DNA from: Candidatus Micrarchaeum sp.
Lineage (GTDB): Archaea; Micrarchaeota; Micrarchaeia; Micrarchaeales; Micrarchaeaceae
DNA length: 32,000 bases
Direction: 5' to 3'
NCBI RefSeq assembly: GCF_016806735.1
Contig: NZ_CP060530.1
Location: 600,001 to 632,000 of the forward strand
Shown here: piece by piece, positions 24,266-32,000 of the stretch
Layout of the letters: each line of letters begins with the position of its first letter
How positions within the stretch are numbered: the stretch's first letter is position 1
Made by a program: the position numbers and the translations under genes
The notes under the pieces: model-generated
Told to the model about the DNA's origin: nothing
Seen by the model: the letters and a program-made list of their open reading frames with translations, nothing else
The model's database searches: none

Positions 24266-24676
24266 TTATTCGAAATATTCAGGATCTGTCTGCTTCCTCA
24301 AAAGCTTATCATCGTGATTTTTTGAATAAACATCGTCCCAGTGCACGTATTTTATGCTGGCAGACTTGCCGCTCTTTGGGTATTTTATAGAATGCTCGAA
24401 CGTAACGGCACGGTACAGGCCGTCTTTTGTATCTACGACTACGAACCTGAAGTTAACTCCCTCGAATCCCAGCATGAAAGCCCCGCTTGACCCATCCTTG
24501 TATAGTATGCCTTCCGAGAGCTGGGAATTTAGGTTTGACATCACCGAACTTTCGTCAGCCTCACGCAAAAATATGAACCTTTCCCTGAGCCTTTCTATGC
24601 AGTGCATGGTAACTACAAGGGTCATTTCCATTTTGGCAGAAAGCTTTTTCGACGCATTGTTTTGATATTTATCCAT
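24266..24676 (-). CDS. Hypothetical protein (136 aa)
   Basis: Isolated minus-strand ORF with an ATG start. Contains H-x3-R-x-R-E-R (MHCIERLRERF) followed by a beta-rich segment. No confident family assignment. Confidence 0.45.
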   Translation of the reverse strand: MDKYQNNASKKLSAKMEMTLVVTMHCIERLRERFIFLREADESSVMSNLNSQLSEGILYKDGSSGAFMLGFEGVNFRFVVVDTKDGLYRAVTFEHSIKYPKSGKSASIKYVHWDDVYSKNHDDKLLRKQTDPEYFE

Positions 24677-24852
24677 TTTATTGTGCCTCTTGATTGCCGT
24701 TTATTGATTAGCAATCCGAATACATTATATTTATTTGTTTTGGAGTATTTTGGATTGTCTCACGAGGCTGAGCAGGCAAAGATTGTAGGTAGGGTAAATG
24801 CCCGCTTGCAACAGATTTATATTTTAGAAGTTGAATTATTATCGGTGTCAAA

Positions 24853-25308
24853 ATGCTAAAAGAAGGAGACAAGGCCCCGGATTTCAATCTTGAAGGTTCT
24901 GATGGATCGAAGCATGCGCTTAAGGAATTCAATGGAAAGTACCTTGTCCTGTACTTTTATCCTAAGGACAACACGCCGGGCTGCACTATAGAGGCTAATG
25001 AATTCAACAAAAAGCTTTCCGATATAAGGAAGCTTAGTGCCGAGGTTGTCGGAGTCAGCAAGGATGACCTGAAATCGCATGACAAGTTCAAGAAAAAATA
25101 TGACCTGGAATTTCTGCTGCTTTCCGATCCCTCAAGCGAAATGATAAAGAGTTATGGGGCTTATGGAGACAGGGGCATTTTTGGCATGGGAACGCTGAGG
25201 AATACGTACATAATAAGCAAAGACGGCAAAATAGCCAAGATATACGAAAAAGTAAGCCCGAAGGGCCACGCCTCTGAAGTAATAGAGTTTTTAAAATCGG
25301 CAAAGTGA
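24853..25308 (+). CDS. bcp: Thiol peroxidase / peroxiredoxin Bcp
   Basis: FYPKDNTPGCTIEA peroxidatic-Cys motif, 151 aa. Confidence 0.9.
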   Translation: MLKEGDKAPDFNLEGSDGSKHALKEFNGKYLVLYFYPKDNTPGCTIEANEFNKKLSDIRKLSAEVVGVSKDDLKSHDKFKKKYDLEFLLLSDPSSEMIKSYGAYGDRGIFGMGTLRNTYIISKDGKIAKIYEKVSPKGHASEVIEFLKSAK

Positions 25309-25667
25309 TAGAAATGTCGGGAAAAACAACAAAAAGAGCAACAGCAAAAACTGGCACAAGAAAGGCTTCGGTTTCTAGGAAGGAGGAAAAAGATTCCGAT
25401 TCAGTGGTAGAGGCGCTGAATTCCAAGCCCAATGCCGAAAACTGGAAATCTGCGCTTCCGATTATAAAGAAATCAGGAGCCAGATATTACAGGATATTCT
25501 ACGACAGCGGGCTAAAGGACAAAGATAATCTGAAAAAGGCTTATGCAGTTCTCTACGATGGGTTTTACAGGAGGCTTTTCAAGGTGCCTGTAATAGAGAT
25601 GCATGAAGGAAAAGTAGTTGGAGCTACGAAGTACCTGGTAGGATTGAAAATAAACAACAGGCAGTAA
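25305..25667 (+). CDS. Hypothetical protein with a basic N-terminus
   Basis: GTG 25305 overlaps the bcp stop; an ATG lies at 25314. No recognisable motif. Confidence 0.45.
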   Translation: MIEMSGKTTKRATAKTGTRKASVSRKEEKDSDSVVEALNSKPNAENWKSALPIIKKSGARYYRIFYDSGLKDKDNLKKAYAVLYDGFYRRLFKVPVIEMHEGKVVGATKYLVGLKINNRQ

Positions 25668-25676
25668 GATTTGGCT

Positions 25677-27413
25677 TTAGGCTTTTTTTGAGACTAGATA
25701 ATCTCCTATTACCAGCTTGGTAGCCCCGGTGTTTTCCAGAGTCCATATCGCATCCTCCGGGTCAAGGGCTATCGGCCTGCGGTGCTTGTTCAGGCTTGTG
25801 TTCAATACTGCGCCAAAGCCTGTTTCCTTTGCTATGCCGCTTATCAGCTTGAAGTAGAGCTTGTTCTCTTTGGCGCTCACCATCTGCGGCCTGGTCGTAT
25901 AATCTATGTGGGAAGCTGCCACAAGGTCTTTCCTGTGCTCCACCCTTACCGCATTTGCGCTGGTCATAAACCTGTTCGGGCCCACGCAGTCTTCTAGGAG
26001 CCTGTTGGCTTCCCCTTCGAGCATGCTGCTTGCAAATGGCTGGTAGAACGGCCTCTTCTTTATTATGAGATTTAGCTTGTACCTGTTTTCCGGATCGTTA
26101 GGCAGTGCTATCACGCTGCGGTTGCCAAGTGCCCTCGGTCCATATTCCATGCGGCCCTGGAACCACAGCAGTATCTCGTTTTTCTTTGCGACCAGCTCAG
26201 CCGCATGCCCTGCCGGGTCTTTTATGGGCTCGTAAGATATTTTCTTGTTCTTGGATTTTTTTAAGGCGTTGAATATCTGCTCGTTTGTGTAGCCTGGGCC
26301 GAAATATACGTCATCTATCTGCTTGCGGTTGAACTTGCCATGCAAGCTGAAGTCAATGTATGCCGCAGCTCCGAGAGACAGGCCACCATCACCCATCTGG
26401 GGAAACACAAACAGTTTTTCCACTTCGGGCATGTGCTCTATTGCCCTGTTGACCAGCACGTTGGAGAAGAATCCTCCGGCTACCGCAACATTATGTATGC
26501 CGGTCTCTTTTATCCACTGCCTGACAAGAGTCGTGACCTGAAGCTCTGCGTGCTTCTGCACGGCATAGGCAAATGACTCCCTGTCGTATTTCGACAGCAC
26601 GTGGTCCTTGAGATACTCTGCCAGCAGTATCTCATTCCTCGTCTTTATCTTGGAAACGAAATTCTTGGATTTCGGATCGTATACGCTGAACTGCCATAGC
26701 TCAGGTATTTCCGCAGGGTATGAATATGCGGCCAGGCTCATCAGCTTTCCTTCGTCCTCTGAATAGCGCATGTCGCAGGCTACGGTTGCCGCACCGTACA
26801 TTATGCCTAGGCTCGTGCTGGCCCGGAATTCGGCAAGCCTCTTTATTTCGCCATTGTCCCCTGTGGAAACCGTGCCGCTCAGGCCGTCGCCAGAGCCGTC
26901 GAGCGTTATTATAAGCGCCTCGCTGAAACCAGATGTGAAATATGCCGAGGCTGCGTGGGAAAGATGGTGTTCGACTACGTGCATGCGCTTGTGAGCCAAA
27001 TCCCCATCTATGAGTGCCAGCCTTTTTGCAGTCACGCTCTTGCTTATGGGAGTTCCAAAAGCCTTCCAAAGCATGCGAGGCCTCTGGTTCTGTATTAACT
27101 TATACGGCACATTCATCAGGTGCAGCGTTGCCCTGGACGGACGAGGTATTTCACGGCGCCATATTGCGCGCCTTTTCCTGTCCCATGATGGTATGACCCT
27201 TGATATTAAGGCGTTGCCCCCTATCCATGCGAGAGCTATGTCCGTTATCTCTTCTTCCGTGTTTTTTGCGACATATTTTATAGAATTATATGGGAATCCT
27301 ACCTCATTTTTGTTCTTGGTGAAGCGTTCCTCGTTGACCGCGGATATTACGCTGCCGCTCGAAACTGCCGAGCTGCCGCAATCATGGGAATCGTTTATGC
27401 CAAGAACAGCCAT
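25677..27413 (-). CDS. Carbamoyltransferase (NodU/CmcH family)
   Basis: N-terminus MAVLGINDSHDCGSSAV...NEERFTKNK is typical of the family. Length 578 aa. Confidence 0.85.
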   Translation of the reverse strand: MAVLGINDSHDCGSSAVSSGSVISAVNEERFTKNKNEVGFPYNSIKYVAKNTEEEITDIALAWIGGNALISRVIPSWDRKRRAIWRREIPRPSRATLHLMNVPYKLIQNQRPRMLWKAFGTPISKSVTAKRLALIDGDLAHKRMHVVEHHLSHAASAYFTSGFSEALIITLDGSGDGLSGTVSTGDNGEIKRLAEFRASTSLGIMYGAATVACDMRYSEDEGKLMSLAAYSYPAEIPELWQFSVYDPKSKNFVSKIKTRNEILLAEYLKDHVLSKYDRESFAYAVQKHAELQVTTLVRQWIKETGIHNVAVAGGFFSNVLVNRAIEHMPEVEKLFVFPQMGDGGLSLGAAAYIDFSLHGKFNRKQIDDVYFGPGYTNEQIFNALKKSKNKKISYEPIKDPAGHAAELVAKKNEILLWFQGRMEYGPRALGNRSVIALPNDPENRYKLNLIIKKRPFYQPFASSMLEGEANRLLEDCVGPNRFMTSANAVRVEHRKDLVAASHIDYTTRPQMVSAKENKLYFKLISGIAKETGFGAVLNTSLNKHRRPIALDPEDAIWTLENTGATKLVIGDYLVSKKA

Positions 27414-27488
27414 TTTTTCACTTTAAAATACAGTTATACAGATTAAAAATCAAATATTATGCTCTAATTCGTATTAAAAGCTATCGCT

Positions 27489-28301
27489 TCAGAAGAAAGC
27501 GATTGCAGCGTATGCCACGACGCTGGATAAATCTCCGGTCTGTGCCCCTGAATTTGAGTACTTGAGCAAAACCCCCTTTTTTGCCCCGCAGGCTTTTGCA
27601 TAAAGCGCAGCTACTGTTGAAGGGCCATATCCGCAAGCACTGTCGCCGTTAGCTGTCACGCCTTCGTTGAAGCCCTTTGCGTCCATTTTTTCGAGCATCC
27701 CTATAAGAGGCATGTCCTTGTATTTGGCTATGTGCTCGGATTCGTAATGGTTGAAGTCCGAGCTCGCAACAAGAAGTGGTTTTCGCCCAAGCTTTTTTGA
27801 GGCCTTGAGTATCGCTTCGTACATGCATTCTGATGCCCCAAAGTCTTGCACTCCCATGCATACCGCAACCATTGGAATAGATCCGAACATATATTGTATG
27901 AACGGCAGCTGGACTTCCACAGAATGCTCCTCTGCGTGCGATTCCTCATCCATTTCGGCTAGCCTGCACGAATTGCAAATCTCCTTTGCAAATTCCGTAT
28001 CGGAGTGCATTATTCCAAGTGGCGTCTTCCACGCCTCTGCAGATACGCCTATACGAGCCCCAAGGCCGGTGTGGTTGGGCCCTATTATTATGACAGAATC
28101 ATAATCTTTCCTAAAATCATAAACGCACTTGTATGCATATGCAGCTGTTTTTCCCGAGTATATGTATCCAGCATGTGGTGCTATTATCGAATAAGGTTTT
28201 AACTTCGAAGGCTGTGCCTCGTCCATTGAAGCTTTTATGAAACCGCTGAGCTCGGCCTTTTGCTTTGGATAAAAACTGCCTGAAAAAACGCTTTCGCGCA
28301 T
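27489..28301 (-). CDS. MEMO1-family protein (AmmeMemoRadiSam system protein B)
   Basis: FYPKQKAEL...IIAPHAGYIYSG...GPNHTG motifs, 270 aa. Confidence 0.85.
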   Translation of the reverse strand: MRESVFSGSFYPKQKAELSGFIKASMDEAQPSKLKPYSIIAPHAGYIYSGKTAAYAYKCVYDFRKDYDSVIIIGPNHTGLGARIGVSAEAWKTPLGIMHSDTEFAKEICNSCRLAEMDEESHAEEHSVEVQLPFIQYMFGSIPMVAVCMGVQDFGASECMYEAILKASKKLGRKPLLVASSDFNHYESEHIAKYKDMPLIGMLEKMDAKGFNEGVTANGDSACGYGPSTVAALYAKACGAKKGVLLKYSNSGAQTGDLSSVVAYAAIAFF

Positions 28302-28424
28302 TGGTATTGCCCCATTTGCAAGTAAAGATTATTTTAATTGCATAGCAAAGAATAAATTAAGGATTGCAAAGCTCGCAATGGCAATGCATAAAGAAATGGA
28401 ATTAGATACTTTATCGTGCTTTGG

Positions 28425-29477
28425 ATGGTTTTCGTACTTTATGTTGATATGGATTATTTCTTTGCCGCATGCGAAGAGGTAAGGCACCCCGAATTGAAGG
28501 GCAAGCCCCTTGTCGTAGGCACGGCTCCGGTAAACGAAAAATTCAGGGGCGTAGTGCAAACGGCCAATTATGAGGCCAGGAAGTTTGGCATACACAGCGG
28601 GATGCCAAGCATCAAAGCGCTGGATCTTTGCAAGGAGCTCAACTACCTGCATTCCGATGAGGAGCATTATGAAAGCGTGTCAGCGGAGATAATCAAGGTT
28701 CTAAGGTCATACGGCAAGCCTTTGGAGGTTATCAGCGTTGACGAGGCAGCCATGGATATAACGGGCCTTACTGACGAGGAGGCGCTCGAGCTCTCCAGGG
28801 ATATAAAATCGCGAATAAAGAAATCCTTCGGGCTTACGTGCACCATAGGCATAAGCAATGGAAAGGCGTTCGCAAAGATGGCTTCAGACAAAGCGAAGCC
28901 CGACGGCCTGATGCTCGTAAAGGCGCAGGAGCTGAGAAGCTTTCTGGATTCCTGCTCCCTTGATAAGCTGCCAGGAGTAGGCAGCAAGACTCACGAAAAG
29001 CTCAAGGAACTCGGAATAAGCAGCATAAGCGAGCTCTCAAAAAGCGATCCGATGGTACTGATAGACGCGTTCGGCTCTGCTGGAAAGGAGCTTTACATGC
29101 TCGCAAACGGCATAGACGAATCAAAGATAGTCGAGAGCTCAGAAATACTTTCCATAGGCAGGGAAGTAACCCTCAAGAGCCCGGCGACGAGCGTTGACGA
29201 AGTCACGCCTGTGCTGAAGGGCTTGATAGACGAAGTAATGAAGGAAATCGAAAAGAATGGCGTGCTCTTCAGAAATGTTGGCGCCAAGGTAAGATACACT
29301 GATTTTTCCATAAGCGCGAAGAGTTATTCCCTGCACAACTACAGCGATTCCAGGGAGGAGATAGAAAAGCGGGCAGCACCTATGCTAAAGGAGCTCCTAA
29401 AGGCAGGAGCCGCCAGAAAAATAGGCGTCAGGGTATCTAGGCTCATAAAAACAAAGGGCCAGAAGAAATTATTTTGA
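28425..29477 (+). CDS. dinB: Y-family DNA polymerase IV (Dpo4/DinB type)
   Basis: MVFVLYVDMDYFFAACEE, catalytic SVDEAAMDIT, and HhH LPGVGSKTHEKLKELGI. ATG 28425 gives the canonical N-terminus; the ORF-track start at 28416 is GTG. Confidence 0.9.
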   Translation: MVFVLYVDMDYFFAACEEVRHPELKGKPLVVGTAPVNEKFRGVVQTANYEARKFGIHSGMPSIKALDLCKELNYLHSDEEHYESVSAEIIKVLRSYGKPLEVISVDEAAMDITGLTDEEALELSRDIKSRIKKSFGLTCTIGISNGKAFAKMASDKAKPDGLMLVKAQELRSFLDSCSLDKLPGVGSKTHEKLKELGISSISELSKSDPMVLIDAFGSAGKELYMLANGIDESKIVESSEILSIGREVTLKSPATSVDEVTPVLKGLIDEVMKEIEKNGVLFRNVGAKVRYTDFSISAKSYSLHNYSDSREEIEKRAAPMLKELLKAGAARKIGVRVSRLIKTKGQKKLF

Positions 29478-30398
29478 AACGTACTCAAGATTCTGTATGA
29501 ATGCCCTTACCTCAAGCGCAGCCTTTGTTCCGCTTGCTGCAGCGGTTATTGCCTGCCTGTATACGTGGTCGGCCACGTCCCCGGCTACGTATACTCCGGG
29601 TATCTTGGTCTTCACCTCATCCTCGGTTATTATGTATCCTGCCTGATCAAGATCAAGCTTGCCCTTAAGGAAGTCGGTATTGGGCTTGTAGCCTATCGCA
29701 ACGAAAACCCCGTCGAAACTGAGCTGCTTCTGCTCGTTTGTGTTAACGTCCCTTATTTTAACTCCTGTAACCTTTGCATCTCCGAGAACTTCCTCGACTA
29801 CGTTGTTCCATATTATCTTTATTTTCGGGTTGCTTTTTACCCTCTCCTGCATTATTTTGCTTGCCCTGAACGAGTCCCTCCTGTGTATTATTGTGACGCT
29901 GTTGACAAACTTCGTAAGGAAGAGCGAATCTTCCATCGCAGTGTCTCCTCCGCCGACTATGGCTACGTCCTTTTTCTTGAAGAAAGGCGCATCGCACGTT
30001 GCGCAGCTGCTTATTCCCTTGCCTATGAACTGCTTTTCAGATGGTATGCCTAGCCATTTTGCAGATGCGCCAGTTGCTATTATAACGCTGTTTGCAAGGT
30101 ATTCCTGCGAAGGCGTTTTGACCTTGAAGGGCTTCTGGGAGAAGTCTACGCTTTCCACATTCTCCCCTATGAACCTCGCTCCGAATTTCTCAGCCTGCTT
30201 TCGCATCAGGTCTATGAGCTCAGACCCATAGATGCCATCTGGAAAAGCAGGAAAGTTTTCAACCACTGTGGTGAGTAATAGCTGCCCTCCAGCTTCTACA
30301 CCGGTTATTACTAGGGGCTTGAAGTCTTCTCTTGCCGTATACAAGGCCGCACTCAGCCCGGCAGGGCCCGATCCTATTATTATTACGTTTTCAACCAT
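29469..30398 (-). CDS. trxB: Thioredoxin-disulfide reductase
   Basis: GSGPAG FAD motif, redox-active CATC, and GGGDTAMED NADPH motif. 309 aa. Confidence 0.92.
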   Translation of the reverse strand: MVENVIIIGSGPAGLSAALYTAREDFKPLVITGVEAGGQLLLTTVVENFPAFPDGIYGSELIDLMRKQAEKFGARFIGENVESVDFSQKPFKVKTPSQEYLANSVIIATGASAKWLGIPSEKQFIGKGISSCATCDAPFFKKKDVAIVGGGDTAMEDSLFLTKFVNSVTIIHRRDSFRASKIMQERVKSNPKIKIIWNNVVEEVLGDAKVTGVKIRDVNTNEQKQLSFDGVFVAIGYKPNTDFLKGKLDLDQAGYIITEDEVKTKIPGVYVAGDVADHVYRQAITAAASGTKAALEVRAFIQNLEYVSK

Positions 30399-30511
30399 TT
30401 AGACCACTTTGAATGAATTATCAGGGCTGAAAATCCATGATAATGCATATATTACACCATTTTGTTTTTAAGGTATTTAAAGCTTGTTTGATATATTGAT
30501 ATGGCGACCGG

Positions 30512-31465
30512 ATGCATGAAGAAAAGGCAATGACAATATCGCTTGACGCGAAGCTAAAAGGCTCTGACATGGATTTTGTATCTCATGCGCACAGCGACCA
30601 CATAGCCGCAGTCAAGAGCTCGGAATCGATGCTATGCAGCACCCAGACTGCAGAGCTGATAAGCACAGCCTACGGAATTGCACCCAAGCTTGTTGGCTCC
30701 AAACCCGAAGGAGTTGGGCTTTACGATTCAGGCCATATGCTAGGCTCAAAACAGCTGTACATTGAAAACGACGGAGAAGGCCACAGCCTAGTTTATAGCG
30801 GCGACTTTCAGATGATGAAAAGTGTTACTGCAGCACCCATAAGTATAAGGAATGCGGACTGCCTCATAATAGATTCTACCTATCCCGACCCTAGGATAAG
30901 ATTCGACGCAAGAGAGGAAGTTGAAACCGCTTTGGCCAGGTGGGTTGCCAGAGCATTAAAGAGCGGCATAGTGCTTTTCAAGGCTTATGCAATGGGCAAA
31001 GCGCAGGAACTCATAAAAATACTGAACAACGCCGGCATAACCCCCGTTGTGAACAAGAAAATAAGTGCCATAAATAAGATTTATGTAAAGAACAAGATAG
31101 GCCTTGATTATGCCTCTGCGTATGACGAAGGAAGCGACTACGAGAGCATATTAAAGAACAATTTCGTCGGCATAGTAGATTCAAGGAATTTCGGTAACCT
31201 TGTTGAAGCAGTAGGCTACGCACACAGGAAACGGGTTTACACTTCAACTGCCACTGGATTCGCAAAAAGCTTCAGGTTCAATGTTGATGCGCAGTTCTGC
31301 CTCAGCGACCACGCCGATTTCAGGCAAAGCTTGGAATACATAGATGCCGTTTCCCCGAAAAAGATATACACTTACGGTCCGAACAGGGATATATTTGCAG
31401 CCAATCTTTCTGCTCTGGGCTACAACGCAGAACCGTACCAGAAAAAGGCCATAGATGCGTTCTGA
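30512..31465 (+). CDS. Short metallo-beta-lactamase / beta-CASP family nuclease
   Basis: HAHSDH (motif 2), SGHMLGS (motif 3), YSGDF (motif 4), IIDSTY (beta-CASP A) and LSDHADF (beta-CASP B). The position of motif C reads IYTYGPN, with no His. An alternative ATG lies at 30530. Confidence 0.65.
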   Translation: MHEEKAMTISLDAKLKGSDMDFVSHAHSDHIAAVKSSESMLCSTQTAELISTAYGIAPKLVGSKPEGVGLYDSGHMLGSKQLYIENDGEGHSLVYSGDFQMMKSVTAAPISIRNADCLIIDSTYPDPRIRFDAREEVETALARWVARALKSGIVLFKAYAMGKAQELIKILNNAGITPVVNKKISAINKIYVKNKIGLDYASAYDEGSDYESILKNNFVGIVDSRNFGNLVEAVGYAHRKRVYTSTATGFAKSFRFNVDAQFCLSDHADFRQSLEYIDAVSPKKIYTYGPNRDIFAANLSALGYNAEPYQKKAIDAF

Positions 31466-31551
31466 TGTGCACACCAAATAATCGGCAATAGTGGCAGAAG
31501 CGCAATATATATGGCACAGTAGTTGCCCATCCTGTGCAATGTTGCTGAAAT

Positions 31552-31845
31552 TTACTGTGATGCAAGCTTTTCTCTGCAGACTTTCTTTGACTGCTTCCAC
31601 ACATCCCATGCGAGGGCGAACCTTATTATTTCCATTTCACTGCCATTTGTTGCCTTTTCCAGGGTTATTTTATACTTGCTTTCCATGTATTCTAAAAACT
31701 CCTTGTCATATTTTTCCATATCAATCAAACTTATTTTGAACCTAATTGTTAAGAATGTGCATATATCAAATTTGCATACTTGCCACATGCAAAAAGTCGC
31801 AAAATAAGCCAAGTAGATTCTGGCGCTTTCCACAAACATGTGCAA
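31552..31845 (-). CDS. Hypothetical small protein, start uncertain (ATG 31845 or ATG 31719)
   Basis: The open frame is co-directional with msrA. The C-terminal 55 aa (MEKYDKEFLEYMESKYKI...) look protein-like, but the N-terminal part is Cys/Phe-rich and may be non-coding. Confidence 0.25.
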   Translation of the reverse strand: MHMFVESARIYLAYFATFCMWQVCKFDICTFLTIRFKISLIDMEKYDKEFLEYMESKYKITLEKATNGSEMEIIRFALAWDVWKQSKKVCREKLASQ

Positions 31846-31864
31846 CGGATTTTTATGTTTGATA

Positions 31865-32000
31865 TCATGCTTTTATGCCGAACTCCTTGCGTATTTTTGA
31901 AAGCTTAGGGCCTATCACAAACATACAATACGGCTGGAACCTGTTGTTCTCATAATAATTTTTGTGATAATCTTCCGCTTCATAGAATTCATCGAGCTTT
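31865..32000 (-). CDS. msrA: 3' end of peptide-methionine (S)-S-oxide reductase MsrA (5' part lies outside the window)
   Basis: Hand translation of the minus strand (frame from 31999) gives [44 protein letters not shown] followed by a stop at 31867-31865. This matches the conserved MsrA C-terminus (F..AE.YHQ.Y...NP..PYC...I.PKL.K.R). It is absent from the ORF track because no start lies in the window. Confidence 0.75.
   Translation of the reverse strand, partial: KLDEFYEAEDYHKNYYENNRFQPYCMFVIGPKLSKIRKEFGIKA

Noticed and set aside
26701-27069. An Arg/Gly-rich 122-aa alternative-frame ORF within the carbamoyltransferase gene
   Set aside because: It is an off-frame ORF on the same strand, inside a conserved gene. 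Its composition is typical of frame-shifted translation.
28329-28667. A 112-aa minus-strand ORF overlapping the dinB start
   Set aside because: It overlaps the conserved N-terminus of the Y-family polymerase on the other strand. It has no recognisable features and is likely spurious.
1-32000. Scan for CRISPR arrays, rRNA genes, IS elements/transposases, integrases and long tandem repeats
   Set aside because: None was seen. The only exact repeat noticed is the 16-mer pair at 14248-14302. An eye scan cannot exclude short or diverged repeats, so a computational self-dot-plot would be needed.

Overview
This is a dense archaeal chromosomal window. The archaeal call rests on TFB, aCPSF1/FttA, proteasome beta subunit, Hel308, a Dpo4-type Y-family polymerase, and a tRNA-Glu(UUC) with a TATA-type promoter and no encoded CCA. 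I cannot name the lineage from sequence alone. Every gene from 106 to 20756 is on the minus strand, and several conserved genes appear to use TTG starts. Most of the window is housekeeping: Hel308, a GT2 glycosyltransferase, an M1 aminopeptidase, an NAD-epimerase, aCPSF1, psmB, a TRAM protein, TFB, dcd, bcp, a carbamoyltransferase, a Memo-family protein, dinB, trxB, a short beta-CASP nuclease and an msrA fragment. The stand-out is an AT-richer, roughly 8.9 kb block of ten translationally coupled minus-strand genes at 6983-15854, wedged directly downstream of aCPSF1. It encodes two HerA/FtsK/VirB4-class P-loop ATPases and a signal-peptide protein with two hydrophobic helices that has VirB2/TrbC/CedA1-like pilin architecture. 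It also encodes a VirB6/CedA-like polytopic membrane protein and several tiny hairpin membrane proteins, one of which (56 aa) is absent from the ORF track. The first gene encodes a 7-TM protein with an ectodomain dense in N-glycosylation sequons. I see no relaxase, integrase, prepilin-type signal peptides or GspE/FlaI ATPase. I read the block as a candidate uncharacterised archaeal conjugative-pilus-like (T4SS / Ced-Ted-like) DNA-transfer or cell-contact machine. Secondary items are a palindromic direct-repeat control region in front of the pilin-like gene, a small tRNA-adjacent islet with a nucleotidyltransferase plus a tiny basic ORF, and a short beta-CASP nuclease lacking the motif C histidine next to DNA-repair genes. 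No CRISPR array, rRNA or recognisable IS/transposase was seen.
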